Origin: Heterodontus francisci
Taxonomy: Eukaryota
DNA length: 64,000 nt
Direction: 5' to 3'
Assembly: GCF_036365525.1 (NCBI RefSeq)
Contig: NC_090394.1
Coordinates: 71,740,893 to 71,804,892 of the forward strand
Shown: piece by piece, positions 13,950-23,958 of the stretch
Layout: each line of letters opens with the position of its first letter
Numbering within the stretch: the stretch's first letter is position 1
Translations under genes and position numbers: made by a program
Notes under the pieces: generated by a model
The model's database searches: none
Told to the model about the DNA's origin: nothing
What the model saw: only the letters and a program-made list of their open reading frames with translations

Positions 13950-15070
13950 AGACCTTCGAATCTTGCTCTGGCCCCGGCCATCTCTCTGTACAGTCTGGGC
14001 GCCTCTCCACCCTGCTTCTTCCTTTCCCTCTTCCTCATCCTCCTTCCCTTCCTCCTCCTCTTCTACCTCCTGCTCCCCTTCTTCCCACGATGAACTATGT
14101 CATTCCAGGCCTTCACCTTCAAGGCTCAGTCTTCTCTGGAGGCCCTTGTTACGGAGAGCACAGTAGACCACCACAATGTGCTAGACCTTTACAGGAGCAT
14201 ACTGCAGGGCGCCACCCAACTGATTGAGGCACCAGATCTGCATCTTCAGAAGCCCGATGGCTTGCTTGATGGTGGACCTTGTGAGCAGATGACTTCGTTT
14301 GTAGTACCTCTGTGGTACTGTCTCGGGGTCACATAAAGAGGTGGGTAGCCATCTCTTCAAGGAATATCCTTTGTCTCCTAGAATCCATCTACGAAGTTTG
14401 GGTGGTGGCATGAAGAGCTGTGGCATCCTGGATGGACTGTGAGAGGATGATGGAGTTTTGGCAGCTGCCAGGATAGTGAGTGCACACATGCATAAAGCTC
14501 CTGTGCTGACAGACCAGCTGAACGTGGAGGGAGCGGAAGCCCTTCCTGTTGATGAATCTCACTGGCTACTCACTCACTCGATGCCTTGATGGTCACATAG
14601 GTGCAATTGATGCCCTGTGCCTGCAGGAATCTGATGACGGAGGTGAATCCTGCTGTCCTTTGTGCCTGTAAGGCCCCATCTGTTTGAATTGTATATATTG
14701 CCCAGCTTTCACAAACAGGGTATCAGTGACCTGTGAGATGAAATGGTGTGCTGCCGCTTGAGAGACACCACAAAGGAACCACGGTGACTTTGATGGCAAC
14801 TGGCAGGGCATGGCAAACAGTGCTGCAAGATGTGAAGTTTTCCGCTAAGAGGGCACTAATCTCACACCATCTGCCTAGATAGGTGCAGTCTCCTGCGGCA
14901 CTGGTTCTCCAATATGCCCAACTAGCTTCTTCTTTGGCATTACCCATGATGCTGCAGGTATGGCCTCCGTTGCCTTCCTGCCCCTCGTTCCTCTCCTGCC
15001 CTCCTCGTGCCTGGGATTTGCCTGTTTTGCTGAAGATGTTGATCCTCATCACTACTTGACCCAATCTCTG
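13950..15070 (-). pseudogene. HARBI1-like Harbinger transposase, frameshifted
   Basis: ORF 14181-14489 WILGDKGYSLKRWL..RSHLLTRSTIKQAIGLLK; IDCTHV-like atcaattgcacctatgtgacc near 14600; LPVAIKVT at ~14790; acidic C-terminal tail. Confidence 0.85.
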
Positions 15071-15887
15071 AAAATCTTAATCCCACATCCAGCTGTTGCC
15101 TTGCTTGCCCTCAGCTTCAGTCATCATGATGTCTGGATGCGCCTCACCACCACCACCCCACCCCCCCAAACTTCCCGCCCCACCACTGCCCTGAGCATGT
15201 ACAGACCACTCACTTCGCTACCTCTGCTCATCCAATGGCATCAGTATCCCAGTGGCTGAGTGCTCCTCTCAGTATGTTCCTCTTTATGGGCCCACCTAAT
15301 TGCGTGGTGCAGCCATGACTGTCCCTCCTCTGTGTTGCTGTCTCCTTGCACCTTAACTTTTTCTGACCTGTCGTGCAACCCGTGTGCCCCACCAAAATTC
15401 CAAACTGGCCCTGATAAGCTGCAAACTGGCAACAAGCTTGTTAACTAGATCAATTGGCTACTTATCCAAATCGGGCAGGTTGCTGGGTCCCACTTCCCAC
15501 CTCCCCCCGGCCATCCCCGAGTAAAATCACCGGTGGCAAGAATGGTGACACTAAACCAGTCACCCAGCCAGTAGTGCTAACTTTTGCGGCTACCCACCTC
15601 CGCATTAGGCCTCATTGGGGCCTAAAAATCCTGTCCTAGGTTTCCAATCACAGTACCAGTAACTCAGGAATTCCTTGCAGTCATGAATTCTGTCTCTGTA
15701 TGCTGCCCCTGCGTGTGGTCACTCTCTTCTTGCCTACTTCATTATCACTATGCCTTAAATTGCCTCGTTCTGCCTCTTGAGTGACCACAATCTGGAGAGT
15801 ACAATCTAAAAAGTCCTCATCCTTGCTGATACTGAGAATGTGGCCAATTTCTGCTAGAGCACATAGATCCTCTTCTCCAGAGACTTA

Positions 15888-16538
15888 GGGCTGAATTTTA
15901 CAAGGGGAGTCGAGACCCCAATGTCAGTATAACACCCAAGTCCCGAGCCCACACCTGCCAGTAGCAGGACCTCCTCGGCAATTGTACCACAGGCAGCCAA
16001 TTAGGGCCCACCGTCCAATTAAGGACAGCAGGTGGGCTGGTGGTGCTGCGGTCCTTTCAGACAGCCAGCAGCTCTGAAGCCTCAGCAGCGCCATTGGGAG
16101 AGATGGTCACTGCTGAGGAATACGGGAGACCAGGTAATTAAAGTAAACAATAAATAAAAAGAATCCAATGAGCCCAGTGTTAGAGGGGAAATTCCTCTGG
16201 GGAAATTTTGGGGGCGATATGCGTTGCCCGTGACCCCATCTTTGTTCAATTGAAGTGCCACCCCGACCCCAGGCTATCACTGGGAGGCTGCCTTGGCAAA
16301 ATGCCTGGGATTTCCCTGCTGTCGGCAAAATGCCAACAACACTGTAAAAAGGCCTTTGATTGGGCCCTTAATTAAGGAAATTGAGGTAGGCAGCCTCTCT
16401 GCTTCACGTCCCACTGTTACTAAAATGCCCCAATGGCAGGGCCATGTTGGGGAACTGATCCAACGCGGCTCCCCGCAATTTTACCAGCCTCCCCGTGCCA
16501 CCCAGCCCGCTTCCTGGGGACTGGTAAAATCCTGGACC
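15888..16538. mobile_element. Harbinger-type MITE
   Basis: Left end gggctgaatttta identical to the TIR at 52022; right end taaaatcctggacc; flanks TTA/TAA; GC-rich and non-coding. Confidence 0.7.
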
Positions 16539-16553
16539 TAATTTACACTTAGT

Positions 16554-16934
16554 GGAGGGGATTTTATGTGGGTGACGGGGTGGGGGGGAGGGGTCTCCGC
16601 CACTGTCTCAAGTGCCAGCGAGAGCCCCACGTCGCCTCTTCTGGGGAAGGCCCGCCGCATTATGTGCCATTTAGGCACTTAAGTTTTCTTGGCGTGCATC
16701 CCATGTGGTGATCAGCCTGCCCGCTGCTAGGCTACTGCTGGCGGCGGCAGGATGAAGCCCTTCATTGGGTATTAATTGCCCACTTAAGACCTCAATTGGT
16801 GGCGGGGTGGGAAGGCCATCCACGGGCCTTCCCGCCATGGATTTAATTCGGGTGAGTGGGAAGGTGACGGGGTCCAATTAAATGCTCTCCCTTTCTCCAA
16901 ACCTGCCGTGGGGGAGAGCATAAAATTCCCCCCC
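16554..16934. mobile_element. Harbinger-type MITE
   Basis: TIRs ggaggggattttatg / cataaaattccccccc; 3-bp TSD AGT (16551-16553, 16935-16937). Confidence 0.8.
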
Positions 16935-17209
16935 AGTGTAAATGTACTGTCCCTTGATACACTGAGGATCCCTAATTGAGTAAAAGAGGAAATCGGCTGT
17001 GTTCATGATGCATGAGAACTGTTTTCTCAGATAAATTAGCAATTCAAGCTGCTTCATAGGAATTTCAAACATTTTTGGAGCTTACAGAGGTGTTAACGAA
17101 TCACTTCTGGGATGGTAGCCAGTCTTTGGATCTTTTTGGAGCTTGAGAAATATATTCAAGAAACAAAAAAAATTACTTTGTGACCAAAGCTGTGTCTTGA
17201 CATCGTTTG

Positions 17210-17360
17210 AAACAAAAATAGAAAATACTGACTGATGAAAGGTACGCACCTGAAATGCCCTAACATGATTTTTTTGTCTTCACAGTTGCTATCTGACCTG
17301 CTGTGTATATTTCCAGCATTTTCTATTTTTGTTTGATTTCCAACATTTGCAGATTTTTCT
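17210..17360 (+). mobile_element. Short Penelope-terminus derivative with decayed hammerhead core
   Basis: CTGATGA-A-AGGT-acgc-ACCT-GAAA at 17232-17255 followed by the Penelope terminal sequence ctgacctgctg..tttccagcattttc. Confidence 0.65.
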
Positions 17361-18674
17361 TTAATTTGATATATCCTATTTACTGAAGAAGCAATAGAGG
17401 AAGAATCCCTGCCTGTTATAAGGAGAACATCTCTATTGGTTTTAGGATGATGGAAAGCAAATAAAGGAAGACTTTACTGAACTTAGTAAATAAAAATATT
17501 GGAAGTAAATGTTTCTGCATTGGAGATAGATGAACAAACCAAATCGGGTTTTCTCATTCCATACATTTTGCATTGTAGCTGAATAAGCATGCTACATTTT
17601 CTGCCCATTAACTTAATAGGTGGACAATTTAGCCAAATAATCTTCAGCACAAATTGGATAGACAAATTTAATATTACGACACAAACAACCCGTCGTATAT
17701 TTATAAACGGTTTTGTATTTTTGAAAAAAAAAACTAGCATTTTAGAATCTGGACTTCTGAACTAGAAAGGATGAGACATTTATGCACTTGTATATTTAAT
17801 TGCTTTAAAATACATAAATGTTCTTGCATATTTAATTGCTTTAATTTAAAGTAGATTTTTGGAAGTTTTTAGATTTCTTAATGCTGCATTAGTGAGCTTT
17901 CAGAACAAGAATGCCCATTTTCATAGATCCTGAAAACTATTTGTAAAATGCAGCTTGTTTTAAAATACCTGGGATAGAGGTCTACCTATATAATCAAAAT
18001 AGTTTAAATTTAGTTTCCAGGAAATTTACATTTTTAATGTAATAAACCTAATTTGCATTTCTGCTTGCCTTTTTTTCTAAAAAAAAAGCCAATGTGTAAT
18101 TGCTGAATAGCACCTCTGGGAGGTGTGTGCTTTCCATATGTCAAAGCAATAATCTAACCCTTCATAATCCATTTTTTTTCCTGCACAGACTAGTATCAAC
18201 CTTTGACCCTCAAGTCAAGAGTTGAGACACCATTTCCACAACTGACTCTCTGGAGTGATTAGATTCCAAGTCTGTTCCAGTTACATTCTGTTAGCACAGG
18301 ATATCCATTCACCATTTTCTTTTTACTTTAATCACTGACACTTATAGTTCCCTTTTTCCAACACATGAGGGTTTATTTAGTTTGATTGACAGTGCAGGTC
18401 TCTACAAAGTTTGAAGGTCAAACTCGTGCAATGAAAGTACTGTATTACACCTCAGTTATTTTTGATGTGTCTCAGCAGATCACCAAACCCAAAGAAAAAA
18501 AACCACACGGTTATGTGTTTTGAATTTTATATTCGGCGGGTGGGTGATGCTGGGGGACAGAAATCTAACATAAAAGTTAGAAACTGAAACCTTACCAATA
18601 CATAGATGTAATTGTTATGGTTTATTAATAGCTGTCAGTTGCTTTTGTCATAAGAAAGGTGTTGTGTCAGCCTG

Positions 18675-18821
18675 AAATAAAAACAGAAAGTGTCATAAAT
18701 ACTCAGCAGGGCAGGCAGCATCTGTGGAGCGAGAAACCGAGTTAACGTTTCAGGTCTGTGACCTTTCATCAGTTCTTTTTTATTTCCGATTTCCAGCATC
18801 TGCAGTATTTTGCTTTTATTA
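18675..18821 (-). mobile_element. ~150-bp non-autonomous Penelope-terminus element with hammerhead core
   Basis: TSD TGTTGTG(T/C)CAGCCTG at 18660-18674 and 18822-18836 (14/15); minus strand CTGATGA-A-AGGTC-aca-GACCT-GAAACGTT at 18744-18772. Confidence 0.85.
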
Positions 18822-19154
18822 TGTTGTGCCAGCCTGTCCCAGTGGTAGTATTCTCACTTCTGAATTAGAAGTTCTGGTTGAGAACATAAATGTAAGCTGA
18901 CTCTTCACACTAAGGGAGTGGTACATTGTCAGAGGTGTCACCTTTCAAATGAACTAATAAACTGAGATCTTGTCTGTTCAAATGGAAGTTAAAAAATTCC
19001 ATGGTAATATTTGGAGAAGTAGGAGAGTTCTCCAATGTCCTGGTCAATGTTCAACCCTCAATTAATGGCAGCAAAATAAAATGCCTGGTCATTTATGTCT
19101 TTTATTGTACCTTGGTTTGCACATTGGCTACCATCTTCACTTTTTTGTCACTTG

Positions 19155-20466
19155 CGCCTGTCACTTCTCTGCCCACATCTGCCCCTGTTACCAGGGTTTC
19201 TGTACTACTTTTAACTTGAGTCATGTGACAACCAGTAAACATTGTTGCCAAACCAGTTCTTTTAGTGTCCCCTTGATGACTCTCTTGAAAAAAAAACCTG
19301 GTCCAACATTTCTTCAGTTTGATTATGAATTCCTCAAAAAATATTTTGACAAAAAAAAAACAATCACTTCCATAACACCTCCATTCTTGGAGAAATGAAA
19401 CTCCATTTTTAAATCTGCGGCAATGCTTCATCTGCTTATTCTTCTCTCGTTTCTGATCCGTATCCCGGATGAGCCCCCAATTAATATGTTACGACTGAGG
19501 CGGGAGAAGTGCACTGTTTATTCTAGTTCCACTTCTCCACAGGTCACAACATATATTTTTAAATTTTCCCACTCAGCGATACGGTCAATCATATACTCTA
19601 TTTTTCTCAGAATAGAACACACTAACCAGGTTTCTTTAATGAACAACAAAATTATCAGTTTATTATAAAACAAGTCTTAACTAGGAATGAAGTAAAGCAT
19701 AAACACACAGATTGAAATTTTAAAGTCCCCTTTTTAACCTTATCCACTCACACACACACACACACACACATAATACCGGTTAACTGGAAAAATAAAAGGG
19801 ATTTTTTAAAATTCAGAGCTCTGTTACAGACAAAAAAAACACTTGGGCTGAATACTTGCTCATACTTGAAGAAAACAGCAGATGAGATATGTTGTTCCAA
19901 AACTGGCATACAGTCTAACTTTCGAGTACATGTAGACAGGTCACTGGGATCTTTTAGAGCAGTTCTTTTCAGGCGGCATTGAGAATTAATGTAACAGGCT
20001 TTTCTTCAAAGACAGGTGACGAGATGAGTTGACACAGTGGACTTCTCAGTCTTGTAGAGAGGTACTGGAAAGCTGAGCTGGGTTGTTGCCTTCTCTCCTT
20101 CCTTCACTTCTTCAGCAGCAGGCTAACATTATCAGCTGCTCACTCCAGAAGGTAAAGCACACTGGCACTACAACCAAAAGCTTGTGAGTTTGCTGCTCTC
20201 TCAGGTGTGCTCTGCTGCTCCTGGGCTTGTCCAATCAAGGGGCACCTGTCACTTCTCTGCCCACATCTGACCTTGTTACCAGGGTTTCTATTCTATTTTT
20301 AACCTGAGTCAGGTGACAACCAGTAAACATTGTTGCCAAACCAGTTCTTTCAGTGTCCCCTTGATAACTCTTGGGGGGAAAAAACTGGTCCAACATTTCT
20401 TCAGTTTGACTATGAATTCCTCACAAAATATTTTAACAAAAAAAAAACAGAATCAGTTCCATAACA
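19155..20466 (-). mobile_element. Minimal LTR retroelement: 5' LTR (20466-19487), PBS, ~110-bp interior, PPT, truncated 3' LTR (19377-~19155)
   Basis: ~19155-19377 is a direct repeat of ~20245-20466; minus-strand TGGGGGCTCATCCGGGAT at 19462-19479; purine-rich ccaagaatggagg abuts the second LTR, as at 47045-47057. Confidence 0.88.
19462..19479 (-). promoter_or_regulatory. Primer-binding site complementary to the tRNA-Pro 3' end
   Basis: TGGGGGCTCATCCGGGAT, one mismatch from the canonical PBS-Pro TGGGGGCTCGTCCGGGAT; lies 7 nt from the LTR end. Confidence 0.9.
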
Positions 20467-21249
20467 CTACCATCTTGAAAAGTATTTCCAGTGGCTGTGA
20501 AGCACTTTGGGAAGGCCTGAGGATGTGGGAGGCACTCTACAAATACAAGTTATTTTTATCGGATACTTTTTAATAGAGCCTTGAATCGGTTTCATGTTAT
20601 GGTAATAAAACAGATGTTCAGTGCTACTTGATTTATACAGAGAGTGAATGTTTGTAAAGTTTGGCTGAAAAATAATACCAGTTTGTGGTAAAACAGGGAT
20701 ATCTGTTTTGAGCCCAATAAATTGTGGGTTTTATCCAAACATAAGCTTTTCTTAAATACTAAGCTGCATTAAAAATATTTTTCTTGCTTATGAATGTGTT
20801 TCCCAATTAAGCCTATGTAAGCGAAACAGAAATTACTCCTCATAGTAACACTCGGAATAACTAAACTGAGCTGTTTATCACCTGTTTATGCACTATAAAA
20901 GTGACTTGGCTTTTTAAACAAAAACCTTTCTCTACTTTCTTTGAAGAATGCTGGTTTTGTTGTTTGCTAATGGTGTCACACAGCACTATTTGCTGTTGGC
21001 TTTTGCTCACTAACCAAAGAAAGTAAGACAAAATTAGGCAGATAGAGTATCTCAGGATCCAGGGCACAAGTGAAGGTGCTCGATTAGAATGACAGTTTGT
21101 TGCAAAGCAACATAATTCAAATGTGCGTAATGGTCTGATTCAACATTTAGTCACTGTCTCTCATGTCTGACTATAAGCATCAAGAAAACTTGTGGTCATG
21201 GGATAAGGTGTTGCATCTCCACCCCTGATCTCACTAAATAACACTCCAC

Positions 21250-22070
21250 TGGAAGTGCTTAGCAGATTCTGCTACCTTGAGTCCATGGTGACAGACAATC
21301 TGACTCTTGATGCAGAGCTCGATACACACATAGGGAAAGCAGCTACCACCTTTGGCTGGAAACGCACATGGAATAACACCAAGCTGACCCTTAGGACCAA
21401 GCTGATGGTTTATAAGGCCTGTGTTCTCAGCACCTTGCTGAATGGCTGTGAAGCATGGGCTACTTACAGCTACCAGGGAAAGCAGCTCAATAATTTCCAT
21501 CTTTGCTGTCTGTGGTGCATTATGGGTATATCCTGGCAAGACAAAATCATAAATGTGGCAGTCATCACAAAGGCAGAGCTCCCAAGTATGTTGGCACTAA
21601 TCAGAGGCAGCTGCGGTGGATTGGAAACGTCTGCAGGATGGAAGACGGTCGAATGCCCTGCAAGGCCCTTCTGTATAGTGAGGTAGCCAGGGCCAGACAA
21701 CCAGTGGGGTGCCCAAAGCTCCACTTCAAGGATGCTTGCAAGCATGACATGAAGGCCCTAAATGTCGACTATCGCACTTGGAATCACTAGTTGGGGAAAG
21801 AGGGAAATGGCAATACATCCTGCAGACTGGTGTACACTACCACGATGACCAATTGCTACAGCAGCTTGGCAACAGACGCCAACGTCAAACACAACAACTC
21901 GCAGCGTCACTTGGCAGCTTCACGTGCAGCACTTGTGGCAGAACCTGCCTCTCAAGGATTGGCCTTCACAGCCATCAGCAAAGGTGCACCAAGAGAAGAC
22001 ACCCCACTTAAGTGGATTGTTTGCTGTGTGTCCGTCATCTTTATTTCATAGATGGAAGGATGCCAACCAC
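21250..22070 (+). mobile_element. RTE-clade (BovB-like) LINE 3' portion
   Basis: GKAATTF..TKLMVYKACVLSTLLNGCEAW; RQLRWIGNVCRMEDGRMP; C-terminal FTCSTCGRTCLSRIGLHSHQQRC. Confidence 0.9.
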
Positions 22071-22340
22071 TTACTGGAAAGCAGCTTGCTTGTGTGAAGC
22101 TGGTAATTTGATGTCATATGACACATGAACTGTTTCAGAGTCAGTGCAAAATTTGGTGGCTGGAATAGCTAGAAGATTACATATTCAGATCAGGTATTCT
22201 TGAGCTAAACTTACTAATGTTTCAATGTATATGGGTCATAGAGGTGTAAAAGTATCTCTGCACTTTGTAATTGGACCAGAGCTGAATCTTTTACCAAGCA
22301 ATACCAAAACTTGGGAATATTGGCAATGTGCAGCAGGATC

Positions 22341-22751
22341 TAAAGGCCTGCTACCCGACCCGAACCCAGTGGGACCCGATAACATGTGTCGGGTTCAGGT
22401 CGGGTCCGGCTTTCGGGGTCGGGTCGGGCTGGATCCAGGTCGGACGCACACAGCAAGAAGGGTTAAAAGTGAAAAAACCTACCTGAGCTGGGAGTCCGGG
22501 GCAGCAAAGAGGGAAACTCGCTGAGTCTGCGCAGTGAGCGGGTGAGCGTCTCTTATGACGTCATCGCGCTCATGCTGCAGCCTCCTGCAGATTGGGAGTT
22601 GTAAGGGAAGGGAACATTCTGGTGGTCAGGTCGGGCACGGGAAAAACTGGAGGGACTTGGGGGCGGTGGGGGGCGCTGGCTCGGGCTCTGGTCCGATGTA
22701 GTTCTGTCAGGTTCGGGTCGGGTTTTTTTCCGTGACCTGAGCAGGCCTTCA
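22341..22751. mobile_element. Non-autonomous hAT element (MITE)
   Basis: TIRs TAAAGGCCTGCT / AGCAGGCCTTCA (11/12); exact 8-bp TSD GCAGGATC (22333-22340, 22752-22759); subterminal CCCGA/TCGGG repeats. Confidence 0.92.
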
Positions 22752-22809
22752 GCAGGATCTTATTTTGAAGATGCTCCCTGTTCAGCCATGAGGTCACTCG
22801 CACCCTTTC

Positions 22810-23090
22810 GCCAACTTACCAATTTTAAAATCTTTTGCATATACAAGTCGCTCCCTATTCTGCAAAAACCTTTTTCAGGTCTTTGTTGCAGCTCCTCCAA
22901 CTGTGGTCCTTTGCATATCTCTCCCTCCGCTTCATCCTTCACAGGCAATTCCTTCAGTCCCACACAGTGGAATGCTCTTTTCTAACCCCTCCACTTTGTT
23001 TCCTCTCTCTCCTGTTTCAAAAGCTTGCTTAAAACCCATTTCTTTCATTAAGGGCTGGTTAATTTTTCACCTCTGTAAAACATGTTGAAA
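22810..23090 (+). mobile_element. Possible ancient L2-like 3' remnant
   Basis: Weak resemblance to L2 C-terminal G..FS..P..WN.L..LK..LF (ggcaattccttcagt..tggaatgctctt..gcttaaaacccattctttc). Confidence 0.35.
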
Positions 23091-23659
23091 CTTATTTATT
23101 ATGTTAAAATTGTTACAAATGTCTAAGTTGTCGAATTCCCCACTATCACCAAATGCTGTGTCACAACAATGGATGACTGGCGCTTCCACTTTTTGCACCT
23201 GGAATATTTTGTGATATTGGGGAAAACTCAATGGATACACAGTTTTTTGAGAGGATTGGAGAGAGCTATTCTCCACATTTTATTAACATAAGTTTTATGA
23301 GGCAATCTAATTAGATTCTTTATAACACCAGACATCACTTACTGAGATTGACTAATTACTAGCATCAACCACAATTAAAGCAATTCACCATAAGCAAGAA
23401 CGAACTGGCTTCTACTGTAAGTATTTTGTAGTTCATAAAAAGGGGACTCTACTTAATTTAAGACCTCAAAACGTTGAAGATGGTCACAGCTTTTCTTTGT
23501 CTCCCTTATCTAAACGTGTCATAATCTCGCCTCTATCAAATCTCTCAATTTCCTTTGTTCTAAGGAGGACAACCCCAGCTTCTCCAACCTAACCTTGTAG
23601 CTAAAATCCCCCATCCCTGGAACCATTCTGGTAAATAATCTCTGCACCCTCTCAAGGTC

Positions 23660-23958
23660 CCTCAGATCCATATCAACATCCTGGGGGTTACCATTGACCA
23701 GAACACCACCACCTGCATGTTCCCCTCCAAGCCACACACCATCCTGACTTGGAACTATATCACTGTTCCTTCACTGTTGCTGGGTCAAAATCCTGGAACT
23801 CCCTTCCTAACAGTACTGTTGGTGTACCTACATACCAAAGGCTGCCGCGATTCAAGAAGGCAGCTCACCACCACCTTCTCAAGGGCAATTAGGGATGGGC
23901 AATAAATGCTGGCATAGCCAGCGATGCCCACATCCCATGAACGAATGAAAAAAAAAAT
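23660..23958 (+). mobile_element. Family B LINE 3' end with A tail
   Basis: agggcaattagggatgggcaataaatgctggc..cacatcccatgaacgaatgaaaaaaaaaa. Confidence 0.85.

Larger units (their letters stand above)
8579..15637. mobile_element. Decayed PIF/Harbinger transposon hosting a CR1/LTR nest (9440-13505)
   Basis: Degenerate TIRs (aggaagaatttt / reverse complement aggacaggatttt); Myb-like start SPRITDVDLEVLL on + at ~8880; transposase on - at ~13950-15070. Confidence 0.75.
18822..20552 (+). mobile_element. DeuSINE (SacSINE1-like) split by an LTR element
   Basis: Deu-like core aagggagtggtacattgtcagaggtgtcacctttc at ~18912; tail gctgtgaagcactttggga..gcactctacaaatacaagtt resumes at 20467. Confidence 0.75.

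Noticed and set aside
19128-20476. 10-bp direct repeat CTACCATCTT flanking the minimal LTR element as a TSD
   Set aside because: LTR TSDs in this window are 4 bp, the left copy does not abut an LTR end, and the two copies map to different parts of the DeuSINE tail
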